Notes under the pieces: model-generated
Seen by the model: only the letters and a program-made list of their open reading frames with translations
What the model was told of the DNA's origin: nothing
The model's database searches: none
Source: Paramoeba atlantica
Taxonomy: Eukaryota; Protista; Discosea
Direction of reading: 5' to 3'
Assembly: GCA_977017575.1 (NCBI GenBank)
Contig: CDRNVI010000020.1
Coordinates: forward strand, 248,001-312,000
DNA: 64,000 nt
In this document: positions 11,194 to 22,330 of the stretch, one piece after another
How the letters are laid out: each line of letters begins with the position of its first letter
How positions within the stretch are numbered: position 1 is the stretch's first letter
Program-made: the position numbers and the translations under genes

Positions 11194-12768
11194 ATGGAAA
11201 CTTCGGGGGCAGGAAAGAATAAAACGACACCGCAACATTGGAATGAAAATTGGGTTGTCCAAAAAGAATTCAATATAAAGTTACTCAAAGCTGTCAGAGA
11301 GTCTGTGCAGGATGCTCGAAAAAATTTCACTTCGGAAAAGATAGTACAACAAATTGAAGCAATAAATCAAATTGAGTTTGAAGACATTGCAGAGCAAGAT
11401 GAATTTAAATTGATGAAGGAACTCGGCTTAGAAGTTTGGCCACACGAACTATTGGAGAGCACTGTTCCCTTGCAAACAACTCTGGGGGACTCTTACTATG
11501 GTACTTTAGAGCTCGAACTTTCTCATTTGTCGAATATCACTAACAGCATGCACATTTCGTTACACAAAGCAATTGATAGCATGAAAGGGGTTATTCGCCT
11601 AATGAAAAATATTTTCTTGGAAAATTCCAAAGAGCAGAATGCATTGCTGGCGATCGTCAAGGTAGAACTTCATAAAATAACGGAATTTTTAGAATTGCGC
11701 CACCAGATTTTGGAGACCTCAAAAGATTCTGATGAAAATGAGAAAACGAGTTCCGAGATCGACGATTCTTTTGCTCAGAGACAAGCAATGTTGCGTCGTC
11801 CCTTAAGCTTGAAGGGCACCTCTGAGAATTCTATCCCTGAAAGAAGTCTTTCGGACATTAAACGAGAGGAAAACTTTCTTTCTGAACGAATCGAGTCACA
11901 CTTGAGGTTTCTGCATCGCAAAGTACATTCATTGGGCCTTCACACCAACAAATTACGTAATTTCTCTGACATTGACGTATTCAATGAGCCTATTAGGCAA
12001 GTATCCACATGCACGCACGAAATTCGAAGTTCGGTAGAGCAATTGCAACAAAGAGCAGAATCAGACTTACAAAAGCTTTCAAGGTTTAAAGTGTATTTGT
12101 GTTCAACCGATGACGATAACGTCTACACAACACAAGAGTTTCTTAGCAAACGTATGCAGGCTACTTCCCAGAAGAGGGACCAGTTATGGAATCATGTGGC
12201 CGAAAGTCTCTCTCAAATAGAAGATTTAATGGAACAACATGACGCAGATACAAGAAACTACATGCAACTTGCATGTGATAAGAAATCTGTAAGAATGCAA
12301 CGCACTCGACGACATTCTGCCTTGCAGAATCATGAACGCCTTTTAGAGAAAACACTTTCGCACGTCCAGCAAGTCCTACGTGATACGGATGAGATTAAAA
12401 CTAAGTTTCAAGATTACAGTCGGTCTTTTATCTTCGATGTGAAGGAGGACCAGCAAAAACTTGGGTCCGAAATATTTCGAGTTCAATCACGGACGCGTCG
12501 TTACGATGCGTATTGGCGTTCCTCTATCGAATTATTGATTTCTGCATGTCATAGAAAGAAAGAAATGTGTGAACGAGATGTTGAAAGTTTGGAGCTGCAA
12601 GTTCAGCAAGCGACGCATGATGAGCAAAATGAGGAAATTTTGCATGACGAACTTAAAAAAGTACAGAAAACCAGAGATGAGTACTTAGCGTATATAGCGC
12701 AATTGAAAAATAAAAAGTTGGGCTTGTCTCAAAGCACACTTAATCGTGCAAGTAGAGCACTTACATGA
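11194..12768 (+). CDS. Coiled-coil protein with divergent paraflagellar-rod (PFR) domain
   Basis: The C-terminal half (ESDLQKL..QLWNHVAE..HERLLEKTL..RKKEMCERDVESLELQ..HDELKKVQKTR..LKNK) follows the residue pattern I recall for kinetoplastid PFR1/2. Confidence 0.6.
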   Translation: METSGAGKNKTTPQHWNENWVVQKEFNIKLLKAVRESVQDARKNFTSEKIVQQIEAINQIEFEDIAEQDEFKLMKELGLEVWPHELLESTVPLQTTLGDSYYGTLELELSHLSNITNSMHISLHKAIDSMKGVIRLMKNIFLENSKEQNALLAIVKVELHKITEFLELRHQILETSKDSDENEKTSSEIDDSFAQRQAMLRRPLSLKGTSENSIPERSLSDIKREENFLSERIESHLRFLHRKVHSLGLHTNKLRNFSDIDVFNEPIRQVSTCTHEIRSSVEQLQQRAESDLQKLSRFKVYLCSTDDDNVYTTQEFLSKRMQATSQKRDQLWNHVAESLSQIEDLMEQHDADTRNYMQLACDKKSVRMQRTRRHSALQNHERLLEKTLSHVQQVLRDTDEIKTKFQDYSRSFIFDVKEDQQKLGSEIFRVQSRTRRYDAYWRSSIELLISACHRKKEMCERDVESLELQVQQATHDEQNEEILHDELKKVQKTRDEYLAYIAQLKNKKLGLSQSTLNRASRALT

Positions 12769-12844
12769 TACGAGCAAACCAAATTAGTTTGCTTTCTTTA
12801 GTGGATAAGTTTTCTTAAATATTTTTTCTTGCACATTCGACCCC

Positions 12845-14424
12845 CCACATACATACAGGGGTGGGCGACTTCAGAGTGGGGGGGTCTAAAATTCGTAAAA
12901 CTTGACCAATTTTGGAAAGTAATAGCGCATTCGAGAGCTCTCAAATAGTCTGGTGTAATGGCAACATCCGTTTCCCGTTTTTAGACATTCGAGATAAATG
13001 ACAGAAAAACAAAGAATTTATTTTTCCCCGAAGATGCAATTTTTCAGTTTTTTTGGCTTTTTTTAGTTTTTTTGCGCCGTTAATGCCTCAGAAACGTGTA
13101 CGATCGCGAACATCACGGTTTCCCTTCCAGAGAGATGCTTATTCACCACCTGGGAAGGTAAGGCCGTCGCATCGCATGCTTCTCGTAGACCATTACTTTC
13201 GTTCTGGGTCCTACAATGCTACAGCACGCCACTTTGAAGTAGCGGAGAGCACTGTGAAGCGATAGGTCATTCGTTACAGCGAAACTGGTGATGTCGAAAG
13301 CATTCCCAGACGTCTGAATTTTACAGTTAGGACATCAATGTTTATCGGAGAAGCACTCCGCATAGTAGATGAGGGTACACGGGATCTTCCTTATGGTGTG
13401 GAATCATGGTGCGCTCTACATCGCGAACTTCTATCCAAAGGGTTTCAGTGTTCCAGACGCACTTTGGCTCGAGCTTTGAAGCCCGATATTATCCTCCGCG
13501 TAGTTCAGCGTAAACCACGACTAACCCAACAGCATAAAGACGTTAGAGTCCGATTCTGTAAGGACATGTCGGGCTGGAGCGAACACCAGCTTGATAATAT
13601 TATTTGGTGTGATGAGAAAAAGTTTACCTGCAAGAAGTCTACCAAAAACACCTACCTTTGCCGACGGTCCGCCCCTGTAAAAGAGCAGCTAGGTGAGCTG
13701 GAAGCGTGGGTAGGGGGCGATGGTATAATGGTGTGGATGGGGGTAAGCATAAAGCATGGATTTCATCTGCACATTTTTCCTAATAGAGATGAGCAGGGAA
13801 ATAGAGTTACTGTGAACGCGGCTGTTTTCGAAGCTGCCATGACCAAGCGTAATGGTCTTTTGAACTACCTACACAGGCACCGTGCAGTTGTTTCTATGGA
13901 CAATTGCCCTGCGCACAACTTGGCAAGGCGTACTTTTCAGCAGCAAAACGTGCGAACGCTCCCCTGGCCCGCAAAGTCACCGGATCTCAACCCCATCGAA
14001 AACTTGTGGAATATCATGGATCAGCACAAGGATCGCATGCGACCACGCAATCGCGCAGATCTCCTCTCTTCTATCGAGAGTGCATACGAGGCACCTCAAA
14101 CCGATCTCAAAAGTACTTGCGTGAAGACCATAAAGAGTGTCTCCAAGCGCTTTCAAATAGTTATTGAGAAAAAAGGGGGAAATTGTGGGTACTGAGATTT
14201 TTTTTGGAAAAAAAGGACTTTTTCGCTTAAAAAATAAAGTTGCAATTCGTGTTTGGGACCATTCTAGCTTTCTTTGATTCCCGTAAACTTTCGCAGAGTG
14301 CTTTTTACGATTACACCAGACTATTTGAGAGCTCTCGAATGCGCTATTACTTTCCAAAATTGAACAAGTTTTACGAATTTTAGACCCCCCCACTCTGAAG
14401 GTGCCCACCCCTGTATGTATGTGG
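12845..14424 (+). mobile_element. Tc1-like DNA transposon
   Basis: ~115-bp inverted repeats (12845-12959, 14310-14424). CAGGGGTG core starts at 12856 and ends at 14413, with TA on each side. Confidence 0.92.
13083..14195 (+). pseudogene. Tc1 transposase with single in-frame TAG (13263-13265)
   Basis: STVKR*VIRYSETG (probably TGG>TAG), WCDEKKF, MDNCPAH, WPAKSPDLNPIENLW, GGNCGY. Confidence 0.9.
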
Positions 14425-14623
14425 TACCGTTTCTCCCAAACCCGCGCCACTATACATGTATGCTGGGAGTCACAATTGTATTATCAAATTTTCTGCCTCC
14501 TGGCGTTTACGTCTTTAACTGTATTAAGCCCATGATTAAATAGCGATCAGCATTGAGTCTAAAAAGTGAACTGTACAGTTTCTTGTATCTAGTCACTTTC
14601 TAGTATTATTCCTTCAATATACC

Positions 14624-15229
14624 ATGGAGTCACGCCCCGCCAAGGTACGTGGTACCTTTCTTCCAAACGAATATCTGCTGGCGAATTTCATCCGTGGTAT
14701 AGAAAACCCCCACCCCTCATGGACAACAGACACGCCTGCATGTAAGTGGATGGGTGCGTATTGCTATATCGAGAATGAAGTTCATGCCCTTATTTGGACT
14801 GAACTAAAACTTCAAGGTACAGTAGAGTGGAAACATCTGCCTTCTACCTTGAGAAATTTAGGTTTGCAAAGAAATAAGCTGCGCGGGGAGGTAGATTTTT
14901 CTGTTCTCCCCGAAGCCCTCACGAAAATGTTGATCGGCAACAATTTGTTCTCGGGAGCACTTTGTTTTGAGAATTTCCCCCCATTTCTCACGGTGTTGGA
15001 CCTATCAAACTGTTGTTTTAGTGGTCACGTGGATCTCGCTATACTGCAAGAGCGCGATTTTGGAGCCTTTAACCTCACGAACAATCCCGAACTAACGGGA
15101 ACAGTGAAGGGCAAGCTTCCATTGCACCTACAGGAAGGCATTCCACTTGCATGGCAAGGCCTAAAGCCCCCGCCCAAATTAGTAGCTAGTAAATCGAAGG
15201 TTAAGAAATTGACGCTAAGAAAGATATAG
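14624..15229 (+). CDS. Short LRR protein, copy 1
   Basis: SRPAKVRGTFLPNEYLL, ACKWMGAYC cap, 4 LRRs. Confidence 0.85.
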   Translation: MESRPAKVRGTFLPNEYLLANFIRGIENPHPSWTTDTPACKWMGAYCYIENEVHALIWTELKLQGTVEWKHLPSTLRNLGLQRNKLRGEVDFSVLPEALTKMLIGNNLFSGALCFENFPPFLTVLDLSNCCFSGHVDLAILQERDFGAFNLTNNPELTGTVKGKLPLHLQEGIPLAWQGLKPPPKLVASKSKVKKLTLRKI

Positions 15230-15269
15230 CATGACTCTATGTACTTTGTTTTGAGAAAATGTTGTTATA

Positions 15270-16193
15270 AACCCCCCGCAGCGAATAAGTCACCCCCCTC
15301 TTTTTTTTGTACAACGAGGCTTAGGGGGGTTGCGGCACCACTTTTTCGTTCAAAATTTTGAGATCTGCACGTGCCCGCTGTTTTTAGACCTCTTCACAGA
15401 TAACAAATTAAAACTCATTTTTTTAATGACGTTTTTAGATAGTCATGCCAATATTACCCGAAAAATCTCATGTTCCTCGACCAGGGGGGGAGAAGTGGGT
15501 CAACATGAAAATGGTGTCACAGATCTTCGCTAGGGGAACGAGATCTCTCGATTGCAACAAAAATGATTAAAAACAGAAAACAAACATTGAATTTGTCACG
15601 TGGTGGAATATTTCGCTTTGATTGGGTCTTTCTTGAAACGGTGATAAATCAACTTTTTTAAGCTGTCCCCTTTACTTTTTGCTTGAAGGGGCCTAAGGGG
15701 GTTAAGATATCATTTTCTCGTTCAAAATTCTGAGATCTACACGTTGCCACCATTTTTAGATCATTTTAGAAACTGAAAAAGAATATTGTTTTTAGGTTCT
15801 ATTTTTTTGCATCGTCATACCACACTAATTTAAGAAAACAAACGCTCCGCGGCCAGGGGGCACAAGTGGGTCAATATTAAAAAATAGCGGCAAAGATCTT
15901 TGCTAGGAGAACGAGATCTCTCGATTGCAACAAAAATCAGCAAAAACGGACAAAAATAATTGAATTTCCCATGGGAGGAGAATATTTATTTTGTTAAAGT
16001 GTGAGAAATTGGTCTCTTGAAAAATGTGAAGAAAGTGATAATCCATCTATCGGATGCACGCATTTGAGAGCCTTGGTTCCATGCTATAACGCGCAAAGTC
16101 TTTGTGTTGGGAACAGCAAAGTGCAACAAAAATGAGCTCAAACGGACACTTGGCTGAAAAGTTAGAGGGGGTGACTTTTCGCTGTGGGGGGTT
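15270..16193. mobile_element. Non-autonomous Tc1-type element, copy 1 (related to 39797-40729)
   Basis: TIR AACCCCCCGCAGCGAA(T/A)AAGTCACCCCC, TA TSD, internal ~370-bp imperfect duplication. Confidence 0.8.
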
Positions 16194-16199
16194 TAAGAG

Positions 16200-16600
16200 G
16201 TTACATTCAAGGAAGATTGCACACTTTTCCCTTTTCTCCGTACTTTTTGGGCATCAAATTGCCTCCTTCAACGGTATTTGTGTGCACACCTTCTGGTGTT
16301 ACCCATTCATTCCGATGGACTACTTGGATCCAGCGGTACTTGCCTGAGAAACCTGTCTGGTTGTGGCGTGCTCCATCGGTCGAGATGCGACAACGGGGTC
16401 CACGAGCCATTTCTTCAACGAGTGGTACCAACGTTTCCGCTCTCCTCCGGGTACGGAATTCACAAACATTTGTTTTAGTTTCGCATCTCGGGTCGTGTCC
16501 GCCAAATTTTGTATGCCATTTTAATCACACAAGAGCACTTGTATCATTCCAAGCACCCACGTCCGTTAAAGCCAACTGCTCTGCTCATCTCGTGTCGGGG
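16200..16600 (-). pseudogene. Second Merlin transposase relic, copy 1 (also ~24855-25255 and ~33436-33836)
   Basis: WVLGMI; VPDRRAETLVPLVEEM..ISTDG..VVHRNEWVTPEGVHTNTVEG (in frame in copy 2). Confidence 0.75.
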
Positions 16601-17359
16601 CATCCAGAGCAGACCATTGAAATAGTACAAGAAAAGCGAGAAAAAAATGTTCTTAGTGAATAGCAATAAGTTTATCACTTCATAAGATGCTTTTCTGTAC
16701 AATTTTTGTTCAGAAAAAACAGATATTACTTTTTTTTTCAAGAAGTGTGCAATCTTCCTTGAATTCCACCTTATAACAATATGAAAGTTATGTCTGGGTA
16801 AATTTCTTTCGCCTAGAAAATCCCTTAGTTAATAGCAGTCTTGATGAACTTCAAAAATTGTAAAAATTCGATTTTATTTAACTAGAAAAGTTATCTGCTA
16901 TTTACCAAGTACTATGAGGGGTGGTCACCGCCAATGCGGCACTATTCTGCCATATTCTGCCGATCGCAAGGGTTTCGTCCTTTTGAGGCGTACTTTATTT
17001 TTGGAACCTACCCCGCGCCGCGAAGCGGCGCGCTTTTTTCGTGTGAAAAGCTTTTTTCGTTTTGGTAGTTATATACCCCTCCGGTATTATGTGATAAAAA
17101 ACCGCGGTGGTTGTTTTCAACGTAGAATTCACTCATGCTGCGTGCTTCGAGTTGAAAACTACCTCCGCGTTTAATGAAGCGACTAAAAAAGAAAAATTGC
17201 CAAAAAGATCACGAATAATACAATTTTTTGTTTGAAAATGCCCGATTTGTGGGCCAAAAAAGCGAAATTTTGACCCAAATCTGTGCTGCTTTTGATGCCT
17301 TACCAGTAGGGGTAGGAGGCGCACCTCACGAAAAAACCGTCGTAGAATGGTAGCCCAAA

Positions 17360-17431
17360 CTCCTATTATTTTCCAAAATTGGACAACTTTTACGAATTTT
17401 AGACCCCCCCACCTTTAGGTTCGCACCCCTG
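17360..17431. mobile_element. Solo right TIR of a Tc1 family related to 12845-14424 (also in the other two Y copies)
   Basis: ~70 bp similar to 14345-14418, ending CCCCTG-TA; no partner TIR seen. Confidence 0.65.
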
Positions 17432-17650
17432 TATGTTTTAGGAGTCGATTTTGGAAAAATAATGTTTTTACTTTTCTTTTGGATTTCTTTTGGAATTTCG
17501 AACTTTTCGGGGCCCTCCTGCGCGTACCAGGGGGGGGTCACCCCCAAGTGGGGGGGGGGGAATTATCGCCGCTGCGTACTCTAACACTTCTCTTCGCTGG
17601 ATTTCGAACCATAAATTTTTCAAAGGGCATATGCATTAAAGGGCATATGA

Positions 17651-18223
17651 AAAGGCTTCTCCCCCTACGATCCGGTTACTTGGCAACCGTGGATCGACAC
17701 GGATGATTTGTTCAAGCCACGTGAACTCATCCGTGAGCTGCGCGAAGCTCCGCAGCTTGGGGTACGCTTCAACCCTCCGCCGCAGCGTGAGCGCCTGTTT
17801 AAAATGTTGACTGAATGGGTTTACGCTGCGCGCAACACAGAGGGTTGGCTAGAGAAGCACAACCTCGCCGTAGCCCTTCTCATCATCGAAGAGCTTCGCA
17901 ACCATTATTGGGCTGCGGCGGGTGTTGCAGTCGAACGTGTGCAACAGCGGTTGCACCGTGACGACGACCCTCAGGACCGCTACGGTCAGCTTGTGGTCGA
18001 CGAGCAACTGAGGGGCCGGACTGCGCAGCGTGCCCCTCGACGACGCAGCCAGGGACCGTTTTGTTTTGGCTGTCATCAGCCAGGCCACCTCCGATCGAAT
18101 TGCCCGCAAACATCTCAACAACAGGGGGGGCAGTTCCGTACCACACGCGCCCCGCAACAGGATTTTCGAGGCGGGGTGGTGGGCGGCGCCAACCGTTACG
18201 GCGCATCGCGGGCTTTCCACTAG
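17651..18223 (+). CDS. Gag-like protein with CX2CX4HX4C knuckle; no start codon (truncated)
   Basis: CFGCHQPGHLRSNC; frame is open from 17651 with no ATG near its start. Confidence 0.75.
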   Translation, partial: KGFSPYDPVTWQPWIDTDDLFKPRELIRELREAPQLGVRFNPPPQRERLFKMLTEWVYAARNTEGWLEKHNLAVALLIIEELRNHYWAAAGVAVERVQQRLHRDDDPQDRYGQLVVDEQLRGRTAQRAPRRRSQGPFCFGCHQPGHLRSNCPQTSQQQGGQFRTTRAPQQDFRGGVVGGANRYGASRAFH

Positions 18224-21101
18224 GAAATGCTCCCCACCCCAATTATTGCTCGTGCCCGTCGTCCCAGGCGACGACGGGTGGAATTTACTACCCCCATTCC
18301 CTCCCCGCTCCTCCGCCGACGAGAAAGACGGCCACGCATGCGTGGCAATACTCCTCCTCCGCGTCAGTTCTCCCCGATACGTCTCCGTCGTCGCAGTCTC
18401 TCCCTCCCGGCTCGCCCTCTACCCCGGCTCTCCGTTCCCGCCGCAACCGCCGCAACCGCCGCCGCCGCAACCGCCGCCGCCACTCTACGGCCGCCCGGGA
18501 AGCGCCGCCAAGAATTACTGGGGGCCATTCTCCAGATGCACCCCGAAGATCCCCGCGCCACTCAGATGAGCGAGGCGCTCCAGCCCATGTGGGCGACGGC
18601 CACGTGGGCCACAAGGGAGCGATTATGGTTCCGCCTGCGCGAGTACTGCCAGGCGAAGGGAATCACCGCGAATCCTGCAAACGCGGTGCTCTTCCTCGAG
18701 ACTCTGCCTCTCGCTACCTCAACGCGCATGGGGTACGCAGGGGCATTGAGGACTCTATTCGAGCTCATGGGAATCGAAGGCACCCCATTGAGTCTCTACG
18801 TAAAGGCCCTGCAAGCGCAGGGGGGGCTAGAACCCACGCGGCAGATGCTTCCAATCACGCCACTTCTTCTAAAGAAGCTGAGACGTCATCTCGACGTAAA
18901 GGAGAGCATGTGTTGCCTCCTGTGTTGGAAAGCCGCTGCGAGATGGACCGAGACCGCCGACCTGAGGCGGGAGCAGTTCGTGAGTGTGGCCAGTCACGAG
19001 GTAATCATTTATTGGGGCAGGGGGACAAAGACGACTCGTCTGAATCCTTACCGGCCGTACCTCTACGCGATAGTGACTGGCCCCGGAACACCCGAACTGG
19101 CTCAGTTTGTGGGAAGTTTGAGACCAGGCCAACGCCTGTGTTACACGACGGTCCGGGAGATGGACCACAGGATGAATCAACTTCTCGGTCCCGGGTATGG
19201 AACACATTCCATAAAAAGAGGTGCGATTACTTACCTATTCCACGAGATCTCCCTCGGGAATCTCAGGATGGAGGACGTCCAGAACCTCACGAAACACCTC
19301 AACGTCGAATCACTGTTGCGCTACAACGCAAGCAGTATTACAACGGCAAGGGCTCTCGGGACGCAGAGAGTCTCAGCACGTCTCCCAGTGCTGTAACCTC
19401 GGAGCACGTGGCAAAGTGCTTCGAGGAAGTGCCTTACCTTCACAGGCACTCCGTTGTTTGTGCACGCCGCTCTTCACGGCTAGCCAAGGCACACGACGCT
19501 CACCTACCTTTGCACGTTAAGAAGTCGATACCTGTTATCCATTTGGATCAGGTTAAGGAGTGGATGAGTATGTCAGCTGCCACTCGTTTTCGCAAGGTAG
19601 TGGATGAATTATTATGGGTACCTAAAGCCCCGTACCCCGAACCTAGTGTGAAAGGTTCATTGCCTGAGGCGGACGTCCGATTGTTGGAGGACGCAGGCAT
19701 AATCTCTAAGGTCCCGGCGCAGGAGTTGAGAAAGCGCCCATCGATGCAGTTCATGATTCCCTTCACGGTTGTGGAGACCGATGATGAGGGCAATCAGCGC
19801 AGAAGATTTATTTCATGGACAAGGGACGATAACGATAGATTAAAATCATATGAACCAAAGGTCCCATTATATCATCCCTCCAAGTATCTTCATAAGGCGC
19901 ACGAGCCGATGGCTGTGAAGCGGGACTTCACATGCGGGTTTTACCAGATTGGTATCCCGAAGAGGGCGCGGCCCAAATTCCGCCTTAGAACGACCAGTGG
20001 AGACGTGTATGAGATGAACGTCCTCCCGATGGGCCATAGGTGTGCACCGGAGGTTATGCACACGGTTACCGCCGCGATTGCTGGCGAGGCGTCGATTTGT
20101 TCTCAGCGCTACTCGTTTCACCGAGGCGCTATCGACGTTTATGTTGACGGAGTTCGGTTTGCAGGAACCGACTCCGAGGCCACCACGTACGCTCAGTTCA
20201 TTGACGAGCGTTGCGACAAAGCGAACGGTCTTTTCAAAGATCGGGGTCAGCCCCCTGTAGCACAGTACGTGTCCAATGGGGTGGCGTTCGACCATAACGC
20301 GCATACGGTCTGCCTGGGGCCGCGAGTGATCAGGAAACTGCGAGCCGACTCTTTCTTCAACATTTCCTTTGTTGACCTAGAGGCGGTGGTGGGGCGCCTC
20401 ATTTATGGCTCCGCAGTTCTCCGACTCAATATGCCGCGATTTTATTTCGCTTTGAAGGTGGCGCAACGGCGTATCAACTTGTTGAACCGTTGCCCGAAGT
20501 TATGTGACCGTCCGGTCGCACTCCCTGTCGTCACTCGCTCCATGCTAGCAGAGTGGAGAAACGAGTTGTTGGAGAATGTTCCACGGTCTCCACCTCCCCA
20601 TCCCGATGTTGTTCCACACAAGCATCGTCTCTACACCGATGCCTCGGTGAAAGGGTGGGGAGCGATTATGTATTTAGACAGCGGAGAGGTTTTGATTACG
20701 GGAGAGGCGTGGCCTGAGTCCTCCTCGTATGAGGTGAATCGTGCGGAAGCTGCAGCAGTCCGCCTAGCCCTCGAGAAGTTTTCCGCGCATTGCCCCGTGG
20801 AACCTGCTTGGATGTTTTTGTTGATAACACCTCCTGTCAGGCTGCACTGAACAGGAGGATCTCCAAGTCAGAGGGGGTTTCAATGGAATTGCGCGAAGTC
20901 CTGCGACTGACAGAGGACAAAGGTATTTGTGTGAAGGCAGCGTATATATCCACGGATGAGAACCCGGCGGATGCTGTCAGTCGCGGGAAGGAGATTGAGA
21001 GAGAGAAGGTTGAGAAATATAAAGGCAACATCGACAAATACAGCGATAATCAGCATCATCATATTGGTAAGCTAGACAGTCATATTGAAGGAAAACCCTA
21101 G
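18061..21101 (+). pseudogene. Reverse transcriptase-RNase H; frameshift near 20790 inside RNase H
   Basis: KRDFTCGFYQ, LPMGH, VYVDG, YTDAS, NRAE; then in the shifted frame VDNT and ENPADAVSR. RT-like sequence starts around 19400. Confidence 0.88.
18227..19396 (+). CDS. Tyrosine recombinase
   Basis: AARWTE (R), GTKT (K), HSIKRGA, LTKH, LRY. Confidence 0.88.
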   Translation: MLPTPIIARARRPRRRRVEFTTPIPSPLLRRRERRPRMRGNTPPPRQFSPIRLRRRSLSLPARPLPRLSVPAATAATAAAATAAATLRPPGKRRQELLGAILQMHPEDPRATQMSEALQPMWATATWATRERLWFRLREYCQAKGITANPANAVLFLETLPLATSTRMGYAGALRTLFELMGIEGTPLSLYVKALQAQGGLEPTRQMLPITPLLLKKLRRHLDVKESMCCLLCWKAAARWTETADLRREQFVSVASHEVIIYWGRGTKTTRLNPYRPYLYAIVTGPGTPELAQFVGSLRPGQRLCYTTVREMDHRMNQLLGPGYGTHSIKRGAITYLFHEISLGNLRMEDVQNLTKHLNVESLLRYNASSITTARALGTQRVSARLPVL

Positions 21102-22330
21102 GGGACAGGAACACCAAATACAAAAAAAAAAAGACAAGAAAAAAAAGACAAGAAAAAAAGAAAAAAAACAAAGACAAGAAAAAAAGAAAAAAAAAAAAGA
21201 CAAAAAAAAAAAAAAAAAAAAAAAAGAGCGGACGGGGTCCTGGGGTATGGAGGTTGTCCCTATAATTTTGGAAGGTTATGGATGTTAATCCGTTAACAGG
21301 CTTTATTCTCACGCCTTGTTTCCTTTTCGGCAGCAAGGTTCCCCAATGTGAGGTAAATATGAGTAAAGGTTTCCTTTATTCTACGATTAACGCCTTAATG
21401 TTTTTTAACCGCGTCACTGTTGACACGGCCGTACACCACGCCTAGTTGCTCCACACTTCTAGGTCCCAAGTTGGTGCATGGGCAGAGGTTGAAAGCGTAA
21501 CCTGTGTAGCTCGTGTGAGCTTGTAAAGGGCGTGGCAGTGGACTGGTCATCTATTGCTATCGTTATCCTTGTACGAGTTCTGTAAGTGAGGTTTGATTAT
21601 GATTTCTTTTCTATATATGATTTACTATGTGTCCGGGCATTTTTATACAGGTTTTATTTTGTGTGACGTGTGTGCGGGCAGGTTGGTCGAGGGTTCCGGT
21701 GGGGGGAACCCCGTTAACAGAGTGACAGTGACATATATGTTTGCAGGCCTAAAATTGTCGTGAGAACATATTATTTACAGTTTAATGTTGATGTTATGTT
21801 TTGAGATTGGGAAATAGGGCTTGTGAGCAATCAGATACATTTTAGTTGTTTCTTTGTTTACTATTCGATACATGTTATTTATTATGCCCCGCGGCGTGGA
21901 TTTCTAATAGTCCACGTTTGGAAATTTAGCCGCGGGGCAGGGAGTTGTTTATGCCTGCTTGGCCCTTCGGGGCACATAATTTCTTCAAATTATGATTTGT
22001 TTCAAATAGTGTTGTAATTTCATTATTCATTCTTTATATTCTTGGTAGGCTATTTTTTCTACTTACGTTTCAAAAGTTTTTGTGCCCGCCCACCGAGCCC
22101 CCAGCCATTTGGTCGAGGGTTCCGGTGGGGGGAACCCCGTTAACAGAGTGACAGTGACATATATGTTTGCAGGCCTAAAATTGTCGTGAGAACATATTAT
22201 TTACAGTTTAATGTTGATGTTATGTTTTGAGATTGGGAAATAGGGCTTGTGAGCAATCAGATACATTTTAGTTGTTTCTTTGTTTACTATTCGATACATG
22301 TTATTTATTATGCCCCGCGGCGTGGATTTC

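Noticed and set aside
14574-14600. Spliced-leader-like ACAGTTTCTTGTA upstream of the LRR gene
   Set aside because: Match too short; more likely part of the splice-acceptor region
17014-17039. Rho-independent terminator (GC hairpin plus T6)
   Set aside because: Eukaryotic context, inside a dispersed repeat
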